From Acidobacteriota bacterium (GTDB lineage: Bacteria > Acidobacteriota > Vicinamibacteria > Vicinamibacterales > CAVVIG01), in assembly GCA_016195265.1 (NCBI GenBank), contig JACPZW010000073.1, positions 4,798 through 68,797 of the forward strand: DNA of 64,000 nt. Reading direction: 5' to 3'. Both the position numbers and the translations under genes were made by a program. Below the pieces are notes generated by a model that worked only from the letters and a program-made list of their open reading frames with translations, searched no databases and was not told where the DNA came from. Positions 43,943 through 53,471 of this stretch are shown in pieces. Numbering within the stretch: the first letter of the stretch is position 1; every line of letters starts with the position of its first letter.

Positions 43943-44793
43943 TTCTTGACCTGTCCAACCTGTCCGGCGGGTCCCAGCGTCGCGAGCGAGTCGGCCAGCG
44001 TCGGCCGGCCCCGCCCGATCGCCTCGAAGAACCTGGATGCGTCGAGCGTGCGATCCACGCGGCCGCGCACGACCGGCACGACCGTGACGTCGAGATGAAG
44101 CTGGCGCGCGGCGGCGGTCAACAGATCGTACTTACTCAGCGCGTCACCGCCGACGTGATACAGACCCTCGAGCCATCGGCCGCCCGCCAGGGCGTCGGCG
44201 ATCAGATCGGAGAGCAGAGCCGCCGATACGCCCGTGAACCGGTAATCCGACAGCCCTTCCACCTGCGGGCCAGGATGCGCCGCGAGCCACTCGATCACGC
44301 CGCGGCCGCGTGGATTGCGACCGAAGAAGCTCGTGCGGATCGTCAGGTGCGGGGCGCCGAGCTCGCCGGTAAGTTTCGACCGGCCGTAGGCGTCACCGGG
44401 ATCCGGCGCGTCCGTCTCGCGATAGCCACCCCGGGCGCCGGAGAACACGCCGTCGGTGCTGATGTGCACGACCCGAGCCCGTCGCGCCGCGGCGCTCGCG
44501 GCCAGCCGGCGCGGAAACTCGCCGTTGACCGCGACGAGCTCCGCATCGGTCGCCGTGCCGAGCCCGATGGCGTTGATCACGACATCCGGCCGCGCTTCGT
44601 CGAGCGCGCGATCGAGCGTGCGCGGATCGGCGGCATCGAGGCTGGTGTTCAGCCACGTCACCGCGGCGCCCGACGGAACGTTACCCACCAGGCCCGCACG
44701 CGGCCTCGGGGCGCAGATCGTCATCTCGCGTGAGAGCCGGTCGGAGAGATAGCGACCCAGAAATCCGGTCGCGCCGAGGAGAAGCGCGGTCAT
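43918..44793 (-). CDS. RmlD-like NAD(P)-dependent sugar reductase (dTDP-4-dehydrorhamnose reductase family)
   Basis: MTALLLGATGFLGRYL...VINAIG...HISTDGVFSG...YGRSKLTGE. Confidence 0.75.
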   Translation of the reverse strand: MTALLLGATGFLGRYLSDRLSREMTICAPRPRAGLVGNVPSGAAVTWLNTSLDAADPRTLDRALDEARPDVVINAIGLGTATDAELVAVNGEFPRRLAASAAARRARVVHISTDGVFSGARGGYRETDAPDPGDAYGRSKLTGELGAPHLTIRTSFFGRNPRGRGVIEWLAAHPGPQVEGLSDYRFTGVSAALLSDLIADALAGGRWLEGLYHVGGDALSKYDLLTAAARQLHLDVTVVPVVRGRVDRTLDASRFFEAIGRGRPTLADSLATLGPAGQVGQVKKCGALSSN

Positions 44794-44794
44794 C

Positions 44795-45319
44795 TTAAAT
44801 CGTCAGGCGGCGCTTGAGCACGGCGAGCATCACGGCGGCGAAGTTCAGCGCGTGACAGCAGCGGCTGTCGGCGAAGGTCGCCACGAACTCGGCGTGCGTG
44901 ACTTTCAGCAGCTCGATGCCGTCTTCCAGCGGCGGCGCCGGCAGGATGGGCCGCACGTCGCGCGCGAAGTAGCACCACATGCGGTTGCCCAGCCGGCCGA
45001 CGTCTGGCACGAGCGTGCCGAGCAGCTCGACGTCTCCCGCGTCGTGGCCCGTCTCCTCGACGAGCTCGCGCCGCACGCAGGCTTCAGGCGTTTCGTTGGC
45101 GTCGATCATCCCGCTCGGCAGCTCGAGCGTGTAGTCCTCGATGACCGGCCGGTACTGCTTCACGAGCAGAAAGCGCCCGCCGCCGTCGACCGCAATCACG
45201 GTCACGTAGTCGAACGGCTGCACCGTGTAGTGCGGCGACGGATCGCCGTCCACCTGCTTGGCGACGACGTCGAACCACGGCGTCGAGAACGCGACCTGAC
45301 GATCAGTGATGCGCGGCAT
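44795..45319 (-). CDS. NUDIX hydrolase (nucleotide-sugar / ADP-ribose pyrophosphatase type)
   Basis: Nudix box: LPSGMIDANETPEACVRRELVEETG. Confidence 0.8.
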   Translation of the reverse strand: MPRITDRQVAFSTPWFDVVAKQVDGDPSPHYTVQPFDYVTVIAVDGGGRFLLVKQYRPVIEDYTLELPSGMIDANETPEACVRRELVEETGHDAGDVELLGTLVPDVGRLGNRMWCYFARDVRPILPAPPLEDGIELLKVTHAEFVATFADSRCCHALNFAAVMLAVLKRRLTI

Positions 45320-46958
45320 CCTGCTCCACGAAGGCCGCGGCGGCGACGCCCGACAACGCCAACAGATAACCGAACGCGGGCGTCGTCTTCCGGTGCTCGA
45401 TGTAGAACACGAGGCTGAACGCGATGATGAAGATCGTCGGCGCCAGGCCGATCCACACGCCCGCGGCAGTGGAGCGCTGCAGCGTCAGGATCACGAGCCC
45501 GGCGAGCGCGGCAGGCCAGATGAGCAACGCCGCGAGGTTGAGCGCCCGAAGCGCGACGGCAAGGGTGGACTCGATCGGCGTATGGGCGATCAGCGGCTTG
45601 TCCGCCGGCAGTCGCGAGACGTAGATGAGCCCCGGCAGCTGCATCGCCACCAGCCGGATCATGTGCCCGGGGAACTGCGGCGAGCGAAACACTTCGCGGA
45701 ACAGATAGTCGCGCGTGAATGTCTCTCGCGCCGCCGGCGTGCACGGCGCCGGACAATTCGTACGGACCCAGTTCCAGTAGGCGATGTCGTTGTCGCCGAT
45801 CGCGAGGCCCCAGGGATTCGGCACGCTGCCGAGGGTTTCCCACATGAACTGCCAGACCGTCTGGCGCGTGAACGCGAGCTGGCCGTACACCTGTTTATTG
45901 CGGAGCGCCCACGGCAACAGCAGGGCGACGACCGCGACCTGCGCGGCCAGAAAGTACGGTACGAGTCGCCGTGCAGGTTTCGCCGCGATGCCGACGATCG
46001 CCGTCCACGCGGCCAGCACGATCGGCAGCACGAAGCCGGCGCTGTTCATGGCGGCGCCCACCGCGCTGCCGGCGACGATGCACATAAGGCCAGGCACACG
46101 TGATTCGCCGCGCTGATGCGCGTCCCATGCCCGCACGGCGCCGTAAGCAATCAGGATCGCCCAGAAGCTGTCGGTCGCCGCGGCCACTGTCTGAATGACG
46201 AGGTACGCGTGCGCGGGCGAGACGGCGTACGCGAGCGCGCCGAGCACGCCGGCCAGGCCCGACCACAACCGCCGGCCGATGCCGAAGATGCAGAGGCACG
46301 CGAGCGCGTCGAGTCCCGCCTGCATCCACTGTGAGTACACGAACCGTTGCGCGCGCCCCAACGCGAACGAAGAGGCGAGCCACAACGAGTAGCCGGCGGT
46401 GTGGGGGAAGTCCGCGAGCGGCGCGAGCGCGCCCGGCCTGGTGTCGTCCGCCGGGAAATCCTGCGGATCCACCATCGCCTGGCGCTCGACGACGGCGCGG
46501 TCCATCGTCATGACGTGGTCCCAGTTCAACACCCACCCCCGGCCCTGCAGCAGATTGCGCGCCATCTCGGCGTCCCACAGCGCCATGCCCATCACCATCT
46601 GGTTCGACGGCCAGTAGACGCCCGCCATCACCAGACGAAACGCGAGTGCGAGCGCGACGATGCCGGCGAGCTGCCATCGGCGGGCGACCGTCACGGGCTC
46701 GAGCGCGGGCGGCTGCCGCGTCGCGGCGCGCGCGAGCACGGCCGCCATCATCCTCGACACCGCCGGGATGAGGCCGGCGACGATGCCCAGTACGCCGAGC
46801 ACCAGCACCTGGCGCTGCGCGGGGCCCATGCCGCCGGCGCGGTGCGCGAGCACGTTCGACGCCAGCACGAGGCAAGCGAGCAGCGCGCCGCCGATCATCA
46901 GCGCGGCGCGGACGCGGGGCTGGAAGCGCGCGGCGGGATCGCGCCGGGCGCCGCTCAC
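45303..46958 (-). CDS. Polytopic GT-C glycosyltransferase, ArnT/PMT-like
   Basis: Many TM helices; first-loop motif MALWDAEMARNLLQGRGW. GTG 46958 forms a GTGA overlap (alternative ATG 46898). Confidence 0.7.
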   Translation of the reverse strand: MSGARRDPAARFQPRVRAALMIGGALLACLVLASNVLAHRAGGMGPAQRQVLVLGVLGIVAGLIPAVSRMMAAVLARAATRQPPALEPVTVARRWQLAGIVALALAFRLVMAGVYWPSNQMVMGMALWDAEMARNLLQGRGWVLNWDHVMTMDRAVVERQAMVDPQDFPADDTRPGALAPLADFPHTAGYSLWLASSFALGRAQRFVYSQWMQAGLDALACLCIFGIGRRLWSGLAGVLGALAYAVSPAHAYLVIQTVAAATDSFWAILIAYGAVRAWDAHQRGESRVPGLMCIVAGSAVGAAMNSAGFVLPIVLAAWTAIVGIAAKPARRLVPYFLAAQVAVVALLLPWALRNKQVYGQLAFTRQTVWQFMWETLGSVPNPWGLAIGDNDIAYWNWVRTNCPAPCTPAARETFTRDYLFREVFRSPQFPGHMIRLVAMQLPGLIYVSRLPADKPLIAHTPIESTLAVALRALNLAALLIWPAALAGLVILTLQRSTAAGVWIGLAPTIFIIAFSLVFYIEHRKTTPAFGYLLALSGVAAAAFVEQDAAHH

Positions 46959-48238
46959 GCCGTCGCCTCCCACTTCAGCAGCGGGCGCAGCACACCCGGA
47001 TACGCGTTGGTCGACCGGCCGCGAACCGATCCGCCTTCGAGCGGATCGTGGACGGAAATGGAAATGACGCCGTTCTCTTCGATGACGCCCGTCGGGGGCG
47101 TCTTGAATCCCCAGAGCGCGACGTCGATGCTGAACGAGCCTTCGGCGAGGAAGTTGCCTGGGATCCAGCAGGTCGCGACCTGCGTGCCGACCGGACGATC
47201 GATGCGCTCCCAGTCTGGACTCTCCTGGCTGAGGAACAGCACGACGCCGGCGTCGTTCAGCACGTCGAAGCACGGCGTGAAACGCAACCCGGGCTTCATG
47301 ACTGTGTACTGAATTTCAATCGCGATCGGGTGGCGGATATCGAACGACTCCTGCACTGCGCCGGCCGCGTCGTGCGCGCGGACGCGCAGCAGCCGCACCG
47401 TGTCGTCGCCGGGCGCGCGCGACCGGTCCGGCCATTGCCGCTCGGCGCGCGTGCCGTAGCCCTTGAAGACGTACTCGGCGACGACGGCCGGCGTCGGCCC
47501 GGCCGCCACGACGCGCCCCTCATCGAGCAGCACCGTGCGCGTGCACAGGCGCGTCACCGCCGACATGTTGTGCGAGACGAAGAGGACGGTGCGTCCGAGG
47601 CGGCTGACGTCCTCCATCTTGCCGAGACACTTGCGCTGGAACTCCAGGTCGCCGACCGCGAGGACTTCGTCGATCAGCAGGATCTCGGGCTCGAGGTGCG
47701 CGGCGACGGCGAAGGCGAGCCGCATGTACATGCCGCTCGAGTAGTGCTTCACCATCGTGTCGATGAAGGCCTCGATCTCGGAGAACGCGACGATCTCGTC
47801 GAACTTGCGATCGATCTCGGCGCGCGGCATGCCGAGAATCGCGCCGTTCAGGTAGATGTTCTCGCGGCCGGTCAGCTCTGGATGGAATCCGGTCCCCACT
47901 TCGAGCAGCGATCCGACGCGGCCGTAGATGTCCGCGTGGCCGACACTCGGCTCGGTGATGCGCGAGAGGATTTTCAGGAGCGTGCTCTTCCCGGCGCCGT
48001 TGCGGCCGATGACGCCGACCACTTCGCCCGGCTGAATCTCGAGCGAGACGTCGCGCAGCGCCCAGAAGGTCCGCTCCGACAGGACGGACGAGCGGCCGCG
48101 CAGCACGGACGCCACGCGCTGGAACGGCGCCACTGCCGCTTTCATGACCGAGTCGCGCAGCGATCGATAGCGCTCGGGCCGGCCGCCGATGCGGTACTCC
48201 TTCCCGAGGTGCTCGATGCGAATCGCCGGATGCGTCAT
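46955..48238 (-). CDS. wzt: Polysaccharide ABC-transporter ATP-binding protein with C-terminal glycan-binding-type domain (Wzt/TagH-like)
   Basis: GVIGRNGAGKSTLLK (Walker A), YSSGMYMRLAF (signature), ILLIDEVL (Walker B), plus a ~180-aa beta-rich C-terminal extension. Confidence 0.85.
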   Translation of the reverse strand: MTHPAIRIEHLGKEYRIGGRPERYRSLRDSVMKAAVAPFQRVASVLRGRSSVLSERTFWALRDVSLEIQPGEVVGVIGRNGAGKSTLLKILSRITEPSVGHADIYGRVGSLLEVGTGFHPELTGRENIYLNGAILGMPRAEIDRKFDEIVAFSEIEAFIDTMVKHYSSGMYMRLAFAVAAHLEPEILLIDEVLAVGDLEFQRKCLGKMEDVSRLGRTVLFVSHNMSAVTRLCTRTVLLDEGRVVAAGPTPAVVAEYVFKGYGTRAERQWPDRSRAPGDDTVRLLRVRAHDAAGAVQESFDIRHPIAIEIQYTVMKPGLRFTPCFDVLNDAGVVLFLSQESPDWERIDRPVGTQVATCWIPGNFLAEGSFSIDVALWGFKTPPTGVIEENGVISISVHDPLEGGSVRGRSTNAYPGVLRPLLKWEATA

Positions 48239-49092
48239 CACACGATGTCGGCGAACGTCCGTTCCATGCGCCGGAAGTACAGCGCGCCGGTCACGAGCAC
48301 GACCAGCGCCGTCGCGAACGACATCGCGACGACGGCGACCGGCGCGGCCATGGTGCCGAAGAGCGCCCATCGGAAGCCTTCGACGGCGCCGACCATGGGG
48401 TTGAGGCCGAAGAGCGTGCGCCACGGCTCGTGAAGCAGCGAGCTCGGATACGCAATCGGCGTCGCGAACAGCCAGAACTGGGTCAGGAACGGCACCGTAT
48501 AGCGCACGTCGCGAAACTGCACGTTCATCGCCGACAGCCAGAGTCCGGTCCCGAGCGATGCGACGAGCGCGAGCAGGAGAAACAGCGGCAACCAGACGAC
48601 CGTCGTGGCCGGCGTCAGATGGTAATAGGCCATCATCGCAAGCAGGACGACGAACGCAAGGACGAAGTCGATGACGCCTGAAAGAATGGTCGCCACCGGC
48701 ACGATCAGCCGCGGAAAGTACACCTTCGTGATGAGATTCGCGTTGCCGACCAGGCTGTTCGACGATTGGGTCAGCCCATTCGAAAAGAACGTCCAGGGCA
48801 CCAGCGCGGCGAGCGTGAAGACGGGATACGGCACGCCTTCCGACGGCACCTTCGCCAGTTTCCCGAAGAAGAGGCTGAACACGAGCATCGTCAGCAACGG
48901 CTGCAGGATGGCCCAGGCGGCGCCGAGCACTGTCTGCTTGTAGCGGACCTTCACGTCGCGCCACGTGAGGAAGTACACGAGCTCGCGATACGCCCACAGA
49001 TCGCCGAGCTTCAGCGAGACCCAGCCGCGTGATCGCTGGATTCGGATCGCCCGCGGGGCATCGGACACCGCCGCATGCGGCGGCGAAGTCAT
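48238..49092 (-). CDS. wzm: ABC-2 type polysaccharide export permease (Wzm-like)
   Basis: LWAYRELVYFLTWRDVKVRYKQTVLGAAWAILQPLL...KVYFPRL. Start trimmed to ATG 49092. Confidence 0.85.
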   Translation of the reverse strand: MTSPPHAAVSDAPRAIRIQRSRGWVSLKLGDLWAYRELVYFLTWRDVKVRYKQTVLGAAWAILQPLLTMLVFSLFFGKLAKVPSEGVPYPVFTLAALVPWTFFSNGLTQSSNSLVGNANLITKVYFPRLIVPVATILSGVIDFVLAFVVLLAMMAYYHLTPATTVVWLPLFLLLALVASLGTGLWLSAMNVQFRDVRYTVPFLTQFWLFATPIAYPSSLLHEPWRTLFGLNPMVGAVEGFRWALFGTMAAPVAVVAMSFATALVVLVTGALYFRRMERTFADIV

Positions 49093-49105
49093 CGCCGCGG
49101 ATCCA

Positions 49106-49171
49106 GGCGGAGCAAGCTCCGCCCCTACGCCCGTAGCCCCTACGCTCGTGGGGGCCGACCTTGGTCGGCCC
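49106..49171. repeat. Variant REP hairpin plus second GC hairpin in the regulator/wzm spacer
   Basis: GGCGGAGCaaGCTCCGCCCCTAC (49106-49128) and GGGCCGACCttGGTCGGCCC (49152-49171). No downstream U-tract on the transcribed strand. Confidence 0.7.
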
Positions 49172-49180
49172 TGGGCGAGA

Positions 49181-49852
49181 TCAGGCACGCGCGACATCCT
49201 GCGGCGTATCGCGATCGATGGACGCGTGGGCCCCGGCGTGCGCCGCCGGCTTCAGCGTGAGCAGCTTCACGGACGGAATGCCGGCGCCGACCAGCTGCGC
49301 GACGAGCGGATCAGGTTTGTCGAGAGTCGCCACGATCAGGCGGTCGAACGCGACGGTCGTGCATTCGTCCAGCCCGCGAATCGGCATCCCGAGGAAGGTC
49401 CCGCCGGCCTCGGCCGCGAAGATCGCGACCGGTTCGAGTCCCTGTTCACGCAGCGACAGATACGCGAGCTCTGCGGCTTCACCGGTCCCGTACACGGCGA
49501 TGCGCTGCGCACCATCGTCCTTGCACGGCCGGAGGACTTCGCTCAGGTGCTGGCGGACCTCCCGATAGAGATGGAGCGAGTAGTCCATGAACTCGTACGT
49601 GAGCCGGGACTTTTCGGCGATCCCCTGCGGCGTGATCAAGTAGAGCAGCCGGTTCGACTGCACGTTGATGCACTTGATGTAGCCCTTCCGGATGAGCCGC
49701 TTTAGATAAATGTTGGTCAGCCCCAGGGCGATGCCGAGCTTGGCCGCCAGGTTTCGTTGGGTGATGTGTTGGTCCCGCGCGACTGCATCGAGCACGGTCA
49801 GCTCGCGCCGCGACTCCACATCCATGCTTAGCCGTTCCATGGAGAATCTCAC
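49181..49852 (-). CDS. Winged-helix (MarR-like, EPS-associated type) transcriptional regulator with C-terminal Rossmann-like domain
   Basis: LTVLDAVARDQHITQRNLAAKLGIALGLTNIYLKRLIRKGYIK; C-terminal RIAVYGTGEAAELAYL. First gene after the AT-rich gap. Start is GTG 49852 or ATG 49840. Confidence 0.7.
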   Translation of the reverse strand: MRFSMERLSMDVESRRELTVLDAVARDQHITQRNLAAKLGIALGLTNIYLKRLIRKGYIKCINVQSNRLLYLITPQGIAEKSRLTYEFMDYSLHLYREVRQHLSEVLRPCKDDGAQRIAVYGTGEAAELAYLSLREQGLEPVAIFAAEAGGTFLGMPIRGLDECTTVAFDRLIVATLDKPDPLVAQLVGAGIPSVKLLTLKPAAHAGAHASIDRDTPQDVARA

Positions 49853-50115
49853 ACTTCTAACTGTTTGTTATTAAATGACTTACTCGCTTATTTTCGATGG
49901 GCGCGGAACGATTCGAGGAACGGGCTGTCTGGCAGAGACAAGCTACCGCCCTGTCACTTACAGCCTTGGATGAACGGGGGCCTGGGGTGACTGGGGGCTG
50001 ACCGGCTTTATCGGTCGGGAAGACGCGTTCATATAGTGAACAACAGGAACGTAACCATGTCAAGCCGGGAACTCCAGATTTTTCATTGGGTTGGCGACAG
50101 GGAGAAGAGGGGCAA
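49853..50115 (-). promoter_or_regulatory. AT-rich non-coding gap; probable terminator/promoter region ahead of the regulator and the ~50-kb minus-strand gene array
   Basis: The only clearly AT-rich stretch in the window (e.g. ctaactgtttgttattaaatgacttactcgcttattttcgatgg). On the minus strand, TCGAAA (49897-49892), 16 nt, then TTTAAT (49875-49870) is a possible -35/-10 pair. No credible ORF. Confidence 0.35.
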
Positions 50116-50823
50116 CTAATCCGTGAAGCGGTACTTCAGCAGCACCCAGAGCGCGACGACGCCGTCGCGCCAGGTGATTTTCTTGCCCTGTTCGTAGCCG
50201 CGGCCATCGTAGGTAATGGGCACCTCGTACACACGGTAGCCGCGCTTGAAGATCTTGGCCGTCAACTCCGGCTCGATGCCGAAGCCGTTCGAGTGCAGCG
50301 TGAACGCCTTCAACACGTCGGCCCGCATCACCTTGTAACAGGTCTCCATGTCGGTGAGCATCGTGTTGTAGAGAACGTTGGTGATCAGCGTGAGCAGCCG
50401 GTTGCCCAGGTAGTGCGTGAACAGGAACACGCGGTGGCGGCCCAGAAATCGCGATCCGTAGACGACGTCGGCGCGACCTTTGACGATGAGATCGATCAGC
50501 TCCGGGTACTCTTCCGGCGAGTATTCCAGATCGGCGTCCTGAATGACGACGATATCACCGGTCACCCGCGCGAACCCGGCGCGAAGCGCCGCGCCCTTGC
50601 CCTGGTTGCGCCCCTGCCGGAGCAGGAGAAAACGGCCGTCGCCGCGCAGCGCCTGCAGCCGGTCCCACGTGCCGTCGGTCGACTGATCGTCGACGACGAT
50701 CAATTCGACGCGGACGTTGACCGCCAGCACGCGGCCGATGATTTCGTCGATCGTGTCCCGCTCGTTGAACACGGGCATGACGACCGACAGCAGCGGCTGC
50801 GCGGGAATCGGCGCGACGGACAT
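50116..50823 (-). CDS. Polyprenyl-phosphate sugar synthase-type GT2 (DPM1-like)
   Basis: LSVVMPVFNERDTI...LIVVDDQSTDGT...GKGAALRAG...IQDADLEY. Start ATG 50823 (track ORF runs to 50898). Confidence 0.8.
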   Translation of the reverse strand: MSVAPIPAQPLLSVVMPVFNERDTIDEIIGRVLAVNVRVELIVVDDQSTDGTWDRLQALRGDGRFLLLRQGRNQGKGAALRAGFARVTGDIVVIQDADLEYSPEEYPELIDLIVKGRADVVYGSRFLGRHRVFLFTHYLGNRLLTLITNVLYNTMLTDMETCYKVMRADVLKAFTLHSNGFGIEPELTAKIFKRGYRVYEVPITYDGRGYEQGKKITWRDGVVALWVLLKYRFTD

Positions 50824-50952
50824 CAAACGGCGACGGTAACATACCTCGTACGACGCGGCAATCGGGGCTGGACGCTCCCTCTGCGCTGCCGGTATCATCT
50901 CGACACGCGCTCAACACACCGAGTCCTCTGGTTGACCGCCTCCCGCTGCTGA

Positions 50953-52233
50953 ATGCCCGAGCCATCGCGCGACGCCTCGTGGCCGGCCGCGTTCTGGGCG
51001 GTGCTGCTGCTGGCGGCCGCCTTGCGCCTGGGCTACGTTCTGTTCTATCCGCAGATGCCGATGTGCCCGGACTGTCAGGCGTACGACGAAGTCGGCCGGC
51101 ACCTCGCCGACGGCCGCGGTTTCGTGGGCGGATTCGGCGGCGATACGCTGTTCTGGCCGCAGGTCCATCAGCCTGACGCGCCGGAGATCGGAATCGGCCC
51201 CGTCTATCCGGCGTTTCTCGCCGCGATCTATCGCGTTTTCGGCCACCAATTCCGGTGGGTGCGCGTCGCGCAGGCGTTGATCGCGTCGCTGGCGCTCGTC
51301 CCGCTGTTTTCGCTCGTCGATCGCGTGCTGGGCCGCCCGGCCGCACTCGGCACGTGCGGCCTCGTCGCGCTGTACCCGGCGTTCATCGTGTACTCCGGGT
51401 TCGTGCTCACGGAGAGCCTCTCGACGGCGATGCTGATCGCGACGATGTGGACGCTCCACCGCGCCTGGACCCGCGGCACACCGGCGTGGTGGACATTCGC
51501 CGGCGCGATGATGGCGCTGGCCGCGCTGCTGCGCGCGGAATTCGTCGTCGTGCTCGGCGCCGCGGTCATGCTCACGCTGTGGCGTCAGCCCACGCGCCGC
51601 ACGGTGATGGCGCTCGTGCTGGTCGCAGCCGCCGCGGCCGTGACGATGGCGCCGTGGACGATCCGCAACTACCGGCTGTTCCACCGGTTCATTCTGGTCT
51701 CGGCGCATGACGGCGACACGCTGTGGATCTCGGTCAAGGGCTGGCGTGAATGGCGGTTCGGCGATCCGGAACTGCAGAATCTGGTCCGCGGGCTCAGTTA
51801 CCTGGAGGAGTCCGACGCATTGAAGACCGCCGCGTTGCGGGAGATCGCGGATCGACCCTTGAGCTTCGCGTGGACGCGGCTGAAGCGATTTCCCGATCTC
51901 TGGCTGACCGGCCACACGGGCAACGTCGCCGGCGTGACCGACAGCTTCGAGGCCTATTGGCGGCGGGGCGAGTACGGCATCGTAGGCATCAAGGGGGCGC
52001 TGCTCGCGCTGAACGTCGGCCTGATCGGATTGGGGCTGATCGGCGGATTCCGGGCGGTGACGAGCGCGACGCTCTCGCGACCTGACGTGCTGCTTCTCGC
52101 GACGCCCATCGTCTGCATCTCCATCGTGCACTTCGTCCTGTTCGCGGCGCCGCGCTATCAGATTCCGATGATGCCGTTCGTGCTCGCGTTCGCCGCCTGG
52201 ATGGGCCGGCGGACAGCCGAGGGCGCCCGATGA
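50953..52233 (+). CDS. Polytopic GT-C glycosyltransferase, ArnT/PMT-like (COG1807 type)
   Basis: LRLGYVLFYPQMPMCPDCQAYDEVGRHLADGRGF...PVYPAFLAAIYRVFG... Paralogue of 54141-55406. Confidence 0.8.
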   Translation: MPEPSRDASWPAAFWAVLLLAAALRLGYVLFYPQMPMCPDCQAYDEVGRHLADGRGFVGGFGGDTLFWPQVHQPDAPEIGIGPVYPAFLAAIYRVFGHQFRWVRVAQALIASLALVPLFSLVDRVLGRPAALGTCGLVALYPAFIVYSGFVLTESLSTAMLIATMWTLHRAWTRGTPAWWTFAGAMMALAALLRAEFVVVLGAAVMLTLWRQPTRRTVMALVLVAAAAAVTMAPWTIRNYRLFHRFILVSAHDGDTLWISVKGWREWRFGDPELQNLVRGLSYLEESDALKTAALREIADRPLSFAWTRLKRFPDLWLTGHTGNVAGVTDSFEAYWRRGEYGIVGIKGALLALNVGLIGLGLIGGFRAVTSATLSRPDVLLLATPIVCISIVHFVLFAAPRYQIPMMPFVLAFAAWMGRRTAEGAR

Positions 52234-53471
52234 AGCTGCTCATCGCGATCCCGGCGCTGAACGAGGAAGACAGCATCGCCAGCATTGTCCAGCGCACGCT
52301 GGACGCGCGGTCCCACATCCTCGCGCGCACGCCGGTGACCGAGGTCGAGGTGACCGTCGTCAGCGACGGGTCCACCGATCGCACGGTCGAGCGGGCGGCG
52401 ACGTTCGGATCTGCCATCACGCTGATCGTGTTCGAGCGCAACCGCGGCTATGGCGCCGCGATCATGGAAGCGTGGCGACGGTCGGACGCGGAGCTCCTGT
52501 CGTTCCTCGACGCCGACGGCACCTGCGATCCGCGGTTCTTCGCGGATCTGTGCGAGGCGCTCCTCGCGCAGGACGCCCACGTCGCGCTGGGCTGCCGGAT
52601 GCACCGCGACAGCCGCATGCCGTTGCTGCGCCGTGCCGGCAACACGGTATTCGCGGCCATGCTGACCACGTTCGGATCGACGCGGGTCCGCGACGCGGCG
52701 AGCGGCATGCGCGTGGTCCAGCGCAGCTGCCTGCCGCGCCTCATGCCCCTGCCCACGGGTCTGCACTTCACGCCGGCGATGAGCGCGCGCGCGATCCTCG
52801 CCGACGATCTGAAGATCGTCGAGATCGACATGAGCTATCAGGAGCGCGCCGGCCGGTCCAAACTGCGCCCCTTCCGTGACGGCATTCGCTTCCTGCGCGT
52901 CATCCTGTCGGCCGCCTTTCTGTACCGCCCGTCGCGGCCGCTCGGAATTCTGGCCGTCGCGTGTTTCCTGTCAGCGGCGGGTTGGACCGCGCGGCTGGCG
53001 TGGCAACTCCGGCGCTACGGCGCGCTCGAAGAATGGATGATCTATCACTTCGTCGTCATTCAGCTGTCGGCGACGGCGGGCGTGCTGCTGGCGACGGCCG
53101 GCTATCTCGGTCACAAAGCAGTGGGCATCACGCTGTCGGCCGATCCGACGCGGTACCGCCGGCGGGGGCCCGTCGGGGCGCTGCTGTCGCACTCCGCGTT
53201 CTGGGTCGTGCCTTCGGGTCTCGCCGCGATCGGCGCGTGGGCGATCGCGCCGGCAGCCCTGGACTACTTCCGGACCGGCGTCGTCGATCCGGCGACGCAT
53301 CACTGGTCGCGGTTCCTGGCGATGTCGTTCGCCTTTTCCGTCGCGTTCGTGCTTGGCGCCGCCCGTCTGGTCGACATCACGCTCGATCTGCTGGCGGATC
53401 GGCTGGCGTATCTTCGGCTTCAGGGTCCACGCGGCCTCCAGAGCGCGCAGGACGGCGGCGCCCCGCGATGA
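52230..53471 (+). CDS. GT2 (DPM1/GtrB-like) with extended C-terminal membrane domain
   Basis: LLIAIPALNEEDSI...VVSDGSTDRT...NRGYGAA...FLDADGTCDP, then 4-5 hydrophobic helices. ATGA overlap at 52230. Confidence 0.8.
   Translation: MKLLIAIPALNEEDSIASIVQRTLDARSHILARTPVTEVEVTVVSDGSTDRTVERAATFGSAITLIVFERNRGYGAAIMEAWRRSDAELLSFLDADGTCDPRFFADLCEALLAQDAHVALGCRMHRDSRMPLLRRAGNTVFAAMLTTFGSTRVRDAASGMRVVQRSCLPRLMPLPTGLHFTPAMSARAILADDLKIVEIDMSYQERAGRSKLRPFRDGIRFLRVILSAAFLYRPSRPLGILAVACFLSAAGWTARLAWQLRRYGALEEWMIYHFVVIQLSATAGVLLATAGYLGHKAVGITLSADPTRYRRRGPVGALLSHSAFWVVPSGLAAIGAWAIAPAALDYFRTGVVDPATHHWSRFLAMSFAFSVAFVLGAARLVDITLDLLADRLAYLRLQGPRGLQSAQDGGAPR

Noticed and set aside
49152-49171. The GC hairpin GGGCCGACCttGGTCGGCCC, and the REP hairpins in general, as Rho-independent terminators.
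   Set aside because: No U-rich tract follows any of them on the transcribed (minus) strand. They occur between translationally linked operon genes.
49857-50063. 68-aa ORF in the AT-rich gap.
   Set aside because: It has no supporting motif or context and an odd composition. The region is better explained as a promoter/terminator spacer.
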